A stretch of DNA of 64,000 nucleotides from contig OZ296654.1 of assembly GCA_965655095.1 (NCBI GenBank), forward strand, positions 12,462,001 to 12,526,000. The letters run 5' to 3'. Of the stretch, positions 9,448 through 23,500 are shown in pieces (position 1 is the stretch's first letter; each line of letters opens with the position of its first letter). Both the position numbers and the translations under genes were made by a program. The notes beneath the pieces are model-generated. The model ran no database searches. It saw nothing but the letters and a program-made list of their open reading frames with translations, and was not told the DNA's origin. The DNA comes from Haplodiscus bocki (taxonomy: Eukaryota).

Positions 9448-9726
9448 TTAAGAACCGAATGCATACTCAACGGAGAAACGTACCCTTTCTATATTTGTAG
9501 TTACTAAAACGAAGCGCTTACTTGATGGACGTCTTTTTATCGAAATCGAGATACGGAAAGTAGCACAAAACCCTTCATGAAGATCCTGTGATAAATATTG
9601 TGGACAATAAGTCTTATCCCAAGTTAAAATGCGACTTTGAGCTCGAGTTTGCTGATATAATAATTTTTGCAAATTAGCGGTGTCTCTTCTAACCTTTGCT
9701 ATGGAATTTGGCAAATAAATTTTCAA
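9448..9726 (-). pseudogene. 92-aa ORF fragment in a divergent monomer, with a weak DDE-transposase-like DxxY...RxxxExxFG pattern
   Basis: The translation ...ILTWDKTYCPQYLSQDLHE...ERVRFSVEYAFGS resembles the second-D and E motifs of IS4/IS5/PIF-Harbinger-type transposases by eye only. No first D or TIRs identified. Confidence 0.25.
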
Positions 9727-10249
9727 GAATTTGTGAAACCAATCTTCGACTTTTCATTTCTTTGTTTACTTTGAGCAATTGAATACTATGACACTGCCTT
9801 TCTAATTTCAATCCCCTCCAGAATGTTCAAAAATGTCAATCAATGTTTTTGGAAAACGTGAGTTCTCGAGTTTTACCGGAAAAACATGCGGACTGGAAGT
9901 GCGCTCAAGCTTTGGCACATTGAACGCCACTCCAAGTCGAAGCAGGTATTCTTACGTGTTGTCCTAGTATATTCTGACAACTCCAGAGCTGAAAATGTAG
10001 AAAATCCAGAAGCAAAACACTGTGCGTTTCCCGGTGACTTCAAATTGAATCCGTGATGTGCTGAAGGAGTCGGAAGACGGCGTGAACTCGACTTCTTTCG
10101 CTCTTCATGTTGGTTTCTCGTTTTTCGGTTCCTAGCCTCTTATTGCAGCAAGAAAGAGTGTTTTTCGAAAGGAGCTGTGTGCTCGAGCAGTTTTTCAAAA
10201 ACAAAAACCAGGTCAACATGGTTGGCGGCACCTATAAGTGGGAGCTCAA

Positions 10250-13200
10250 CGCGTATTGATTGTTCCAGGACAAAGGAACTGACAGAATTGATTGGTTTTT
10301 GATGATTGGCTGCGCAGTCTTTGGCTGTTGCTGGCTTGTGATTTATTTTGAAAAATTACTGGATTAATAGCTTCATGCAATGAGTTATATGAGAAGCAAA
10401 AGAAATCAGAGCAAGTTGTCAGACTTCTTGCTCTGATTTCTTTTACATCTTCGGTTTTGAAATTTATCGCTACACTATATGATGCAAATGAAGCCCAAAT
10501 GTACAATTAAATGAGTTCAGGGAACTCTCATGCAAACAGTCTGTAAGCGTTCCCTCTCAGTTTGACTTGTTGGATGTTAATGTTTTAAGACGGCGCTTCA
10601 ATATAGAGCTCAAAGAGAGCGTCCTCAGGCATAAATTGAACCGGGCTGGTAATATAATGAAGAATCTGCATCAGTGGACAAACTGTGCTTTTCAGAAGAA
10701 GGATGTTCGAACACTTGTCTAAAAATTTGAATCCAGCTCGTACATACTGCTCAACTTTATCCTCGTTCTAACGTAGACTTCTGTTTGAGGAGATCAATAT
10801 CAACATGCAACACTTTTTTGAACACGAAAACAAATGATGACGACTACCAAAATTGAACGGAACTTGAGAACGTAGGAGGCCAGGTGAATTGCGATGCAAC
10901 TTGTTTGAAACATAGAGTGCAATATGTCAGTTCCTTTCTTCAAGTAGGTTTTTCCCAATTTTGTGAGTTGATGCAATTCGAGTCAGTTTAAGTACACATA
11001 AAGCGTTTGGCATTTTTGTTAGTACGAGTTGAATGAGAAAGATTCAGATTTGGGCCGTCCACTAGGATTTTTTTACATGACCCGGCGTGTTGTCTACCGC
11101 TAGTCTGCAAATAACTCGCTAACTCAAAATTATACAAGACAACTTTCTATCACTATTTGATCCTACAGCCTTTCCATAGAGAACCGAATGCAGATTCAAC
11201 CGAGAAACGTACCCCTTCTATATTTGTAGTTACTTAAACAAAGAAGCGCTTACTTGATGGACATTATTTTATCGAAATCGAGATACGGCAAGTAGCACAA
11301 AACTACTCATGAAGATCCTGTGATAAATATTGTGGACAAAAAGTCCTATTCCAAGTTAAAATGAGACTTTGAGCTCGGGTTTGCTGATATAATAAACTTT
11401 GCATATTAGCGGTGTCTCTTCTAACCTTTGTTATGGAAATTGGCAATTAAATTTTCAAGAATTTGTGAAACCAATCTAATTCTTTTCATTTCTTTGATTA
11501 CTTTGAGCAATTGATTACAATGACACTGCGTTTCTAATTTCAATCCCATTCAGAATGTTTGAAAATGGCAATCAATATTTTTGGAAGACATGAGGTCTCG
11601 AGTTTTACCGGAAAAACTCATGCGGACTGGAAGTGGGCTCAAGCTTTGGCACATTGAACGCCACTCCAAGTCGAAGCAGGTATTCTTACGTGTTGTCCTA
11701 GTATATTCTGACAACTCCAGAGCTGAAAATGTAGAAAATCCAGAAGCAAAACACTGTGCGTTTCCCGGTGACTTCAAATTGAATCCGTGATGTGCTGAAG
11801 GAGTCGGAAGACGGCGTGAACTCGACTTCTTTCGCTCTTCATGTTGGTTTCTTGTTTTTCGGTTCCTAGCCTCTTATTGCAGCAAGAAAGAGTTTTTCGA
11901 AAGGAGCTGTGTGCTCGAGCAGTTTTTCAAAAACAAAAACCAGGTCAACATTGTTGGCGGCACCTATAAGTGGGAGCTCAACGCGTATTGATTGTTCCGG
12001 GACAAAGGAACTGACAGAATTGATTGGTTTTTGATGATTGGCTGCGCAGTCTTTGGCTGTTGCTGGCTTGTGATTTATTTTGAAAAATTACTGGATTATT
12101 AGCTTCATGCAATGAGTTATATGAGAAGCAAAAGAAATCAGAGCAAGTTGTCAGACTTCTTGCTCTGATTTCTTTTACATCTTCGGTTTTGAAATTTATC
12201 GCTACACTATATGATGCAAATGAAGCCCAAATGTACAATTAAATGAGTTCAGGGAACTCTCATGCAAACAGTCTGTAAGCGTTCCCTCTCAGTTTGACTT
12301 GCTGGATGTTAATGTTTTAAGACGGCGCTTCAATATAGAGCTCAAAGAGAGCGTCCTCAGGCATAAATTGAACCGGGCTGGTAATATAATGAAGAATCTG
12401 CATCAGTGGACAAACTGTGCTTTTCAGAAGAAGGATGTTCGAACACTTGTCTAAAAATTTGAATCCAGCTCGTACATACTGCTCAACTTTATCCTCGTTC
12501 TAACGTAGACTTCTGTTTGAGGAGATCAATATCAACATGCAACACGTTTTTGAACACGAAAACAAATGATGACGACTACCAAAATTGAACGGAACTTGAG
12601 AATGTAGGAGGACAGGTGAATTGCGATGCAACTTGTTTGAAACATAGAGTGCAATATGTCAGTTCCTTTCTTCAAGTAGGTTTTTCCCAATTTTGTGAGT
12701 TGATGCAATTCGAGTCAGTTTAAGTACACATAAAGCGTTTGGCATTCTTGTCAGTACGAGTTGAATGAGAAAGATTCAGATTTGGGCCGTCCACTAGGAT
12801 TTTTTTACATGACCCGGTGTGTTGTCTACCGCTAGTCTGCAAATAACTCGCTAACTCAAAATTATACAAGACAACTTTATATCACTATTTGATCCTACAG
12901 CCTTTCCATTGAGAACCGAATGCAGACTCAACCGAGAAACGTACCCCTTCTATATTTGTAGTCGCTTAAACAAAGAAGCGCTTACTTGATGGACATTGTT
13001 TTATCGAAATCGAGATACGGCAAGTAGCACAAAACTACTCATGAAGATCCTGTGATGAATATTGTGGACAAAAAGTCCTATTCCAAGTTAAAATGCGACT
13101 TTGAGCTCGGGTTTGCTGATATAATAAACTTTGCATATTAGCGGTGTCTCTTTTAACCTTTGTTATGGACTTTGGCAATTAAATTTTCAAGAATTTGTGA

Positions 13201-16200
13201 AACCAATCTAATTCTTTTCATTTCTTTGATTACTTGGAGCAATTGATTACTATGACACTGCGTTTCTAATTTCAATCCCATTCAGAATGTTTGAAAATGG
13301 CAATCAATATTTTTGGAAGACGTGAGGTCTCGAGTTTTACCGGAAAAACATGCGGACTGGAAGTGGGCTCAAGCTTTGGCACATTGAACGCCACTCCAAG
13401 TCGAAGCAGGTATTCTTACGTGTTGTCCTAGTATATTCTGACAACTCCAGAGCTGAAGATGTAGAAAATCCAGAAGCAAAACACTCTGCGTTTCCCGGTG
13501 ACTTCAATTTCAATCCGTGATGTGCTGAAGGAGTCGGAAGACTTCGTGAACTCGACTTCTTCCGCTCTTCATGTTGGTTTCTCGTTTTTCGGTTCCTAGC
13601 CTCTTATTGCAGCAAGAATGTGTTTTTCGAAAGGAGCTGTGTGCTCGAGCAATTTTTCAAAAACAAAAACCAGGTCAACATTGTTGGCGGCACCTATAAG
13701 TGGGAGCTCAATGCGTATTGATTGTTCCAGGACAAAGGAACTGACAGAATTGATTGGTTTTTGATGATTGGCTGCGCAGTCTTTGGCTGTTGCTGGCTTG
13801 TGATTTTTTTTGAAAAATTACTGGATTAATAGCTTCATGCAATGAGTTATATGAGAAGCAAAAGAAATCAGAGCAAGTTGTCAGACTTCTTGCTCTGATT
13901 TCTTTTACTTCTTCGGAGTTGTCTTCGGTTTTGAAATTTATCGCTACACTATATGATGCAAATGAAGCCCAAATGTACAATTAAATGAGTTCAAGTAACT
14001 CTCATGCAAACAGTCTGTAAGCGTTTCCTCTCAGTTTGACTTGTTGGATGTTAATGCTTTAAGACGGCGCTTCAATATAGAGCTCAAAGAGAGCGTCCTC
14101 AGGCATAAATTGAACCGGGCTGGTAATATAATGAAGAATCTGCATCAGTGGACAAACTGTGCTTTTCAGAAGAAGGATGTTCGAACACTTGTCTAAAAAT
14201 TTGAATCCAGCTCGTACATACTGCTCAACTTTATCCTCGTTCTAACGTAGACTTCTGTTTGAGGAGATCAATATCAACATGCAACACGTTTTTGAACACG
14301 AAAACAAATGATGACGACTACCAAAATTGAACGGAACTTGAGAACGTAGGAGGCCAGGTGAATTGCGATGCAACTTGTTTGAAACATAGAGTGCAATATG
14401 TCAGTTCCCTTCTTCAAGTAGGTTTTTCCCAATTTTGTGAGTTGATGCAATTCGAGTCAGTTTAGGTACACATAAAGCGTTTGGCATTTTTGTTAGTACG
14501 AGTAGAATGAGAAAGATTCAGATTTGGGCCGTCCACTAGGATTTTTTTACATGACCCGGTGTGTTGTCTACCGCTAGTCTGCAAATAACTCGCTACCTCA
14601 AAATTATACAAGACAACTTTATATCACTATTTGATCCTACAGCCTTTCCATTGAGAACCGAATGCAGACTCAACCGAGAAACGTACCCCTTCTATATTTG
14701 TAGTTACTTAAACAAAGAAGCGCTTACTTGATGGACATTATTTTATCGAAATCGAGATACGGCAAGTAGCACAAAACTACTCATGAAGATCCTGTGATGA
14801 ATATTGTGGACAAAAAGTCCTATTCCAAGTTAAAATGCGACTTTGAGCTCGGGTTTGCTGATATAATAAACTTTGCATATTAGCGGTGTCTCTTCTAACC
14901 TTTGTTATGGAATTTGGCAATTAAATTTTCAAGAATTTGTGAAACCAATCTAATTCTTTTCATTTCTTTGATTACTTTGAGCAGTTGATTACAATGACAC
15001 TGCGTTTCTAATTTCAATCCCATTCAGAATGTTTGAAAATGGCAATCAATATTTTTGGAAGACGTGAGGTCTCGAGTTTTACCGGAAAAACTCATGCGGA
15101 CTGGAAGTGGACTCAAGCTTTGGCACATTGAACGCCACTCCAAGTCGAAGCAGGTATTCTTACGTGTTGTCCTAGTATATTCTGACAACTCCAGAGCTGA
15201 AAATGTAGAAAATCCAGAAGCAAAACACTGTGCGTTTCCCGGTGACTTCAATTTCAATCCGTGATGTGCTGAAGGAGTCGGAAGACGGCGTGAACTCGAC
15301 TTCTTTCGCTCTTCATGTTGGTTTCTTGTTTTTCGGTTCCTAGCCTCTTATTGCAGCAAGAAAGAGTTTTTCGAAAGGAGCTGTGTGCTCGAGCAGTTTT
15401 TCAAAAACAAAAACCAGGTCAACATTGTTGGCGGCACCTATAAGTGGGAGCTCAACGCGTATTGATTGTTCCGGGACAAAGGAACTGACAGAATTGATTG
15501 GTTTTTGATGATTGGCTGCGCAGTCTTAGGCTGTTGCTGGCTTGTGATTTATTTTGAAAAATTACTGGATTATTAGCTTCATGCAATGAGTTATATGAGA
15601 AGCAAAAGAAATCAGAGCAAGTTGTCAGACTTCTTGCTCTGATTTCTTTTACATCTTCGGTTTTGAAGTTTATCGCTACACTATATGATGCAAATGAAGC
15701 CCAAATGTACAATTAAATGAGTTCAAGTAACTCTCATGCAAACAGTCTGTAAGCGTTTCCTCTCAGTTTGACTTGTTGGATGTTAATGTTTTAAGACGGC
15801 GCTTCAATATAGAGCTCAAAGAGAGCGTCCTCAGGCATAAATTGAACCGGGCTGGTAATATAATGAAGAATCTGCATCAGTGGACAAACTGTGCTTTTCA
15901 GAAGAAGGATGTTCGAACACTTGTCTAAAAATTTGAATCCAGCTCGTACATACTGCTCAACTTTATCCTCGTTCTAACGTAGACTTCTGTTTGAGGAGAT
16001 CAATATCAACATGCAACACGTTTTTGAACACGAAAACAAATGATGACGACTACCAAAATTGAACGGAACTTGAGAACGTAGGAGGCCAGGTGAATTGCGA
16101 TGCAACTTGTTTGAAACATAGAGTGCAATATGTCAGTTCCCTTCTTCAAGTAGGTTTTTCCCAATTTTGTGAGTTGATGCAATTCGAGTCAGTTTAGGTA

Positions 16201-19200
16201 CACATAAAGCGTTTGGCATTTTTGTTAGTACGAGTAGAATGAGAAAGATTCAGATTTGGGCCGTCCACTAGGATTTTTTTACATGACCCGGTGTGTTGTC
16301 TACCGCTAGTCTGCAAATAACTCGCTAACTCAAAATTATACAAGACAACTTTATATCACTATTTGATCCTACAGCCTTTCCATTGAGAACCGAATGCAGA
16401 CTCAACCGAGAAACGTACCCCTTCTATATTTGTAGTTACTTAAACAAAGAAGCGCTTACTTGATGGACATTATTTTATCGAAATCGAGATACGGCAAGTA
16501 GCACAAAACTACTCATGAAGATCCTGTGATGAATATTGTGGACAAAAAGTCCTATTCCAAGTTAAAATGCGACTTTGAGCTCGGGTTTGCTGATATAATA
16601 AACTTTGCATATTAGCGGTGTCTCTTCTAACCTTTGTTATGGAATTTGGCAATTAAATTTTCAAGAATTTGTGAAACCAATCTAATTCTTTTCATTTCTT
16701 TGATTACTTTGAGCAATTGATTACAGTGACACTGCGTTTCTAATTTCAATCCCATTCAGAATGTTTGAAAATGGCAATCAATATTTTTGGAAGACGTGAG
16801 GTCTCGAGTTTTACCGGAAAAACTCATGCGGACTGGAAGTGGACTCAAGCTTTGGCACATTGAACGCCACTCCAAGTCGAAGCAGGTATTCTTACGTGTT
16901 GTCCTAGTATATTCTGACAACTCCAGAGCTGAAAATGTAGAAAATCCAGAAGCAAAACACTGTGCGTTTCCCGGTGACTTCAAATTGAATCCGTGATGTG
17001 CTGAAGGAGTCGGAAGACGGCGTGAACTCGACTTCTTTCGCTCTTCATGTTGGTTTCTTGTTTTTCGGTTCCTAGCCTCTTATTGCAGCAAGAAAGAGTT
17101 TTTCGAAAGGAGCTGTGTGCTCGAGCAGTTTTTCAAAAACAAAAACCAGGTCAACATTGTTGGCGGCACCTATAAGTGGGAGCTCAACGCGTATTGATTG
17201 TTCCGGGACAAAGGAACTGACAGAATTGATTGGTTTTTGATGATTGGCTGCGCAGTCTTTGGCTGTTGCTGGCTTGTGATTTATTTTGAAAAATTACTGG
17301 ATTATTAGCTTCATGCAATGAGTTATATGAGAAGCAAAAGAAATCAGAGCAAGTTGTCAGACTTCTTGCTCTGATTTCTTTTACATCTTCGGTTTTGAAA
17401 TTTATCGCTACACTATATGATGCAAATGAAGCCCAAATGTACAATTAAATGAGTTCAAGTAACTCTCATGCAAACAGTCTGTAAGCGTTTCCTCTCAGTT
17501 TGACTTGTTGGATGTTAATGTTTTAAGACGGCGCTTCAATATAGAGCTCAAAGAGAGCGTCCTCAGGCATAAATTGAACCGGGCTGGTAATATAATGAAG
17601 AATCTGCATCAGTGGACAAACTGTGCTTTTCAGAAGAAGGATGTTCGAACACTTGTCTAAAAATTTGAATCCAGCTCGTACATACTGCTCAACTTTATCC
17701 TCGTTCTAACGTAGACTTCTGTTTGAGGAGATCAATATCAACATGCAACACGTTTTTGAACACGAAAACAAATGATGACGACTACCAAAATTGAACGGAA
17801 CTTGAGAATGTAGGAGGCCAGGTGAATTGCGATGCAACTTGTTTGAAACATAGAGTGCAATATGTCAGTTCCTTTCTTCAAGTAGGTTTTTCCCAATTTT
17901 GTGAGTTGATGCAATTCGAGTCAGTTTAAGTACACATAAAGCGTTTGGCATTTTTGTCAGTACGAGTTGAATGAGAAAGATTCAGATTTGGGCCGTCCAC
18001 TAGGATTTTTTTACATGACCCGGTGTGTTGTCTACCGCTAGTCTGCAAATAACTCGCTAACTCAAAATTATACAAGACAACTTTATATCACTATTTGATC
18101 CTACAGCCTTTCCATTGAGAACCGAATGCAGACTCAACCGAGAAACGTACCCCTTCTATATTTGTAGTCACTTAAACAAAGAAGCGCTTACTTGATGGAC
18201 ATTGTTTTATCGAAATCGAGATACGGCAAGTAGCACAAAACTACTCATGAAGATCCTGTGATGAATATTGTGGACAAAAAGTCCTATTCCAAGTTAAAAT
18301 GCGACTTTGAGCTCGGGTTTGCTGATATAATAAACTTTGCATATTAGCGGTGTCTCTTCTAACCTTTGTTATGGACTTTGGCAATTAAATTTTCAAGAAT
18401 TTGTGAAACCAATCTAATTCTTTTCATTTCTTTGATTACTTGGAGCAATTGATTACTATGACACTGCGTTTCTAATTTCAATCCCATTCAGAATGTTTGA
18501 AAATGGCAATCAATATTTTTGGAAGACGTGAGGTCTCGAGTTTTACCGGAAAAACATGCGGACTGGAAGTGGGCTCAAGCTTTGGCACATTGAACGCCAC
18601 TCCAAGTCGAAGCAGGTATTCTTACGTGTTGTCCTAGTATATTCTGACAACTCCAGAGCTGAAGATGTAGAAAATCCAGAAGCAAAACACTCTGCGTTTC
18701 CCGGTGACTTCAATTTCAATCCGTGATGTGCTGAAGGAGTCGGAAGACGGCGTGAACTCGACTTCTTCCGCTCTTCATGTTGGTTTCTCGTTTTTCGGTT
18801 CCTAGCCTCTTATTGCAGCAAGAATGTGTTTTTCGAAAGGAGCTGTGTGCTCGAGCAATTTTTCAAAAACAAAAACCAGGTCAACATTGTTGGCGGCACC
18901 TATAAGTGGGAGCTCAATGCGTATTGATTGTTCCAGGACAAAGGAACAGACAGAATTGATTGGTTTTTGATGATTGGCTGCGCAGTCTTTGGCTGTTGCT
19001 GGCTTGTGATTTTTTTTTGAAAAATTACTGGATTAATAGCTTCATGCAATGAGTTATTTGAGAAGCAAAAGAAATCAGAGCAAGTTGTCAGACTTCTTGC
19101 TCTGATTTCTTTTACTTCTTCGGAGTTGTCTTCGGTTTTGAAATTTATCGCTACACTATATGATGCAAATGAAGCCCAAATGTACAATTAAATGAGTTCA

Positions 19201-20500
19201 AGTAACTCTCATGCAAACAGTCTGTAAGCGTTTCCTCTCAGTTTGACTTGTTGGATGTTAATGTTTTAAGACGGCGCTTCAATATAGAGCTCAAAGAGAG
19301 CGTCCTCAGGCATAAATTGAACCGGGCTGGTAATATAATGAAGAATCTGCATCAGTGGACAAACTGTGCTTTTCAGAAGAAGGATGTTCGAACACTTGTC
19401 TAAAAATTTGAATCCAGCTCGTACATACTGCTCAACTTTATCCTCGTTCTAACGTAGACTTCTGTTTGAGGAGATCAATATCAACATGCAACACGTTTTT
19501 GAACACGAAAACAAATGATGACGACTACCAAAATTGAACGGAACTTGAGAACGTAGGAGGCCAGGTGAATTGCGATGCAACTTGTTTGAAACATAGAGTG
19601 CAATATGTCAGTTCCCTTCTTCAAGTAGGTTTTTCCCAATTTTGTGAGTTGATGCACTTCGAGTCAGTTTAAGTACACATAAAGCGTTTGGCATTTTTGT
19701 TAGTACGAGTAGAATGAGAAAGATTCAGATTTGGGCCGTCCACTAGGATTTTTTTACATGACCCGGTGTGTTGTCTACCGCTAGTCTGCAAATAACTCGC
19801 TAACTCAAAATTATACAAGACAACTTTATATCACTATTTGATCCTACAGCCTTTCCATTGAGAACCGAATGCAGACTCAACCGAGAAACGTACCCCTTCT
19901 ATATTTGTAGTTACTTAAACAAAGAAGCGCTTACCTGATGGACATTGTTTTATCGAAATCGAGATACGGCAAGTAGCACAAAACTACTCATGAAGATCCT
20001 GTGATGAATATTGTGGACAAAAAGTCCTATTCCAAGTTAAAATGCGACTTTGAGCTCGGGTTTGCTGATATAATAAACTTTGCATATTAGCGGTGTCTCT
20101 TCTAACCTTTGTTATGGACTTTGGCAATTAAATTTTCAAGAATTTGTGAAACCAATCTAATTCTTTTCATTTCTTTGATTACTTGGAGCAATTGATTACT
20201 ATGACACTGCGTTTCTAATTTCAATCCCATTCAGAATGTTTGAAAATGGCAATCAATATTTTTGGAAGACGTGAGGTCTCGAGTTTTACCGGAAAAACTC
20301 ATGCGGACTGGAAGTGGGCTCAAGCTTTGGCACATTGAACGCCACTCCAAGTCGAAGCAGGTATTCTTACGTGTTGTCCTAGTATATTCTGACAACTCCA
20401 GAGCTGAAGATGTAGAAAATCCAGAAGCAAAACACTCTGCGTTTCCCGGTGACTTCAATTTCAATCCGTGATGTGCTGAAGGAGTCGGAAGACGGCGTGA
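10250..20500. repeat. Imperfect trimer higher-order repeat, period ~5206 bp
   Basis: The 12-bp deletion follows a del/del/full pattern twice (10447, 12179 | 15653, 17385). The 2-bp deletion GGAAAAACATG occurs at 13349 and 18555. Anchor offsets are 5206-5207. Confidence 0.75.
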
Positions 20501-23500
20501 ACTCGACTTCTTCCGCTCTTCATGTTGGTTTCTCGTTTTTCGGTTCCTAGCCTCTTATTGCAGCAAGAATGTGTTTTTCGAAAGGAGCTGTGTGCTCGAG
20601 CAATTTTTCAAAAACAAAAACCAGGTCAACATTGTTGGCGGCACCTATAAGTGGGAGCTCAATGCGTATTGATTGTTCCAGGACAAAGGAACAGACAGAA
20701 TTGATTGGTTTTTGATGATTGGCTGCGCAGTCTTTGGCTGTTGCTGGCTTGTGATTTTTTTTGAAAAATTACTGGATTAATAGCTTCATGCAATGAGTTA
20801 TTTGAGAAGCAAAAGAAATCAGAGCAAGTTGTCAGACTTCTTGCTCTGATTTCTTTTACTTCTTCGGAGTTGTCTTCGGTTTTGAAATTTATCGCTACAC
20901 TATATGATGCAAATGAAGCCCAAATGTACAATTAAATGAGTTCAGGGAACTCTCATGCTAACAGTCTGTAAGCGTTCCCTCTCAGTTTGACTTGTTGGAT
21001 GTTAATGTTTTAAGACGGCGCTTCAATATAGAGCTCAAAGAGAGCGTCCTCAGGCATAAAATAAACCGGGCTGGGAATATAATGAAGAATCTGCATCAGT
21101 GAACCAACTGTGCTTTTCAAAACCAGGATGTTCGAACACTTGTCTAAAAATTTGAATCCAGCTCGTACATACTGCTCAACTTTATCCTCGTTCTAACGTA
21201 GACTTCTGTTTGAGGAGATCAATATCAACATGCAACACGTTTTTGAACACGAAAACAAATGATGACGACTACCAAAATTGAACGGAACTTGAGAACGTAG
21301 GAGGCCTGGTGAATTGCGATGCAACTTGTTTGAAACATAGAGTGCAATATGTCAGTTCCCTTCTTCAAGTAGGTTTTTCCCAATTTTGTGAGTTGATGCA
21401 ATTCGAGTCAGTTTAAGTACACATAAAGCGTTTGGCATTTTTGTTAGTACGAGTAGAATGAGAAAGATTCAGATTTGGGCCGTCCACTAGGATTTTTTTA
21501 CATGACCCGGTGTGTTGTCTACCGCTAGTCTGCAAATAACTCGCTAACTCAAAATTATACAAGACAACTTTATATCACTATTTGATCCTACAGCCTTTCC
21601 ATTGAGAACCGAATGCAGACTCAACCGAGAAACGTACCCCTTCTATATTTGTAGTTACTTAAACAAAGAAGCGCTTACTTGATGGACATTATTTTATCGA
21701 AATCGAGATACGGCAAGTAGCACAAAACTACTCATGAAGATCCTGTGATAAATATTGTGGACAAAAAGTCCTATTCCAAGTTAAAATGAGACTTTGAGCT
21801 CGGGTTTGCTGATATAATAACTTTGCATATTAGCGGTGTCTCTTCTAACCTTTGTTATGGAATTTGGCAATTAAATTTTCAAGAATTTGTGAAACCAATC
21901 TAGTTCTTTTCATTTCTTTGATTACTTTGAGCAATTGATTACAATGACACTGCGTTTCTAATTTCAATCCCATTCAGAATGTTTGAAAATGGCAATCAAT
22001 ATTTTTGGAAGACGTGAGGTCTCGAGTTTTACCGGAAAAACTCATGCGGACTGGGAGTGGGCTCAAGCTTTGGCACATTGAACGCCACTCCAAGTCGAAG
22101 CAGGTATTCTTACGTGTTGTCCTAGTATATTCTGACAACTCCAGAGCTGAAAATGTAGAAAATCCAGAAGCAAAACACTGTGCGTTTCCCGGTGACTTCA
22201 AATTGAATCCGTGATGTGCTGAAGGAGTCGGAAGACGGCGTGAACTCGACTTCTTTCGCTCTTAATGTTGGTTTCTCGTTTTTCGGTTCCTAGCCTCTTA
22301 TTGCAGCAAGAAAGAGTTTTTCGAAAGGAGCTGTGTGCTCGTGCAGTTTTTCAAAAACAAAAACCAGGTCAACATTGTTGGCGGCACCTATAAGTGGGAG
22401 CTCAACGCGTATTGATTGTTCCGGGACAAAGGAACTGACAGAATTGATTGGTTTTTGATGATTGGCTGCGCAGTCTTTGGCTGTTGCTGGCTTGTGATTT
22501 TTTTTGAAAAATTACTGGATTAATAGCTTCATGCAATGAGTTATTTGAGAAGCAAAAGAAATCAGAGCAAGTTGTCAGACTTCTTGCTCTGATTTCTTTT
22601 ACTTCTTCGGAGTTGTCTTCGGTTTTGAATTTTATCGCTACAGTATATGATAGAAATGAAGCCCAAATGTACAATTAAATCAGTTCAAGTAACTCTCATG
22701 CAAACGATCTGTAAGCGTTCCCTCTCAGTTTGACTTGTTGGATGTTAATGTTTTAAGACGGCGCTTCAATATAGAGCTCAAAGAGAGCGTCCTCAGGCAT
22801 AAAATAAACCGGGCTGGGAATATAATGAAGAATCTGCATCAGTGAACCAACTGTGCTTTTCAAAACCAGGATGTTCGAACACTTGTCTAAAAATTTGAAT
22901 CCAGCTCGTACATACTGCTCAACTTTATCCTCGTTCTAACGTAGACTTCTGTTTGAGGAGATCAATATCAACATGCAACACGTTTTTGAACACGAAAACA
23001 AATGATGACGACTACCAAAATTGAACGGAACTTGAGAACGTAGGAGGCCTGGTGAATTGCGATGCAACTTGTTTGAAACATAGAGTGCAATATGTCAGTT
23101 CCCTTCTTCAAGTAGGTTTTTCCCAATTTTGTGAGTTGATGCAATTCGAGTCAGTTTAAGTACACATAAAGCGTTTGGCATTTTTGTTAGTACGAGTAGA
23201 ATGAGAAAGATTCAGATTTGGGCCGTCCACTAGGATTTTTTTACATGACCCGGTGTGTTGTCTACCGCTAGTCTGCAAATAACTCGCTAACTCAAAATTA
23301 TACAAGACAACTTTATATCACTATTTGATCCTACAGCCTTTCCATTGAGAACCGAATGCAGACTCAACCGAGAAACGTACCCCTTCTATATTTGTAGTTA
23401 CTTAAACAAAGAAGCGCTTACTTGATGGACATTATTTTATCGAAATCGAGATACGGCAAGTAGCACAAAACTACTCATGAAGATCCTGTGATAAATATTG

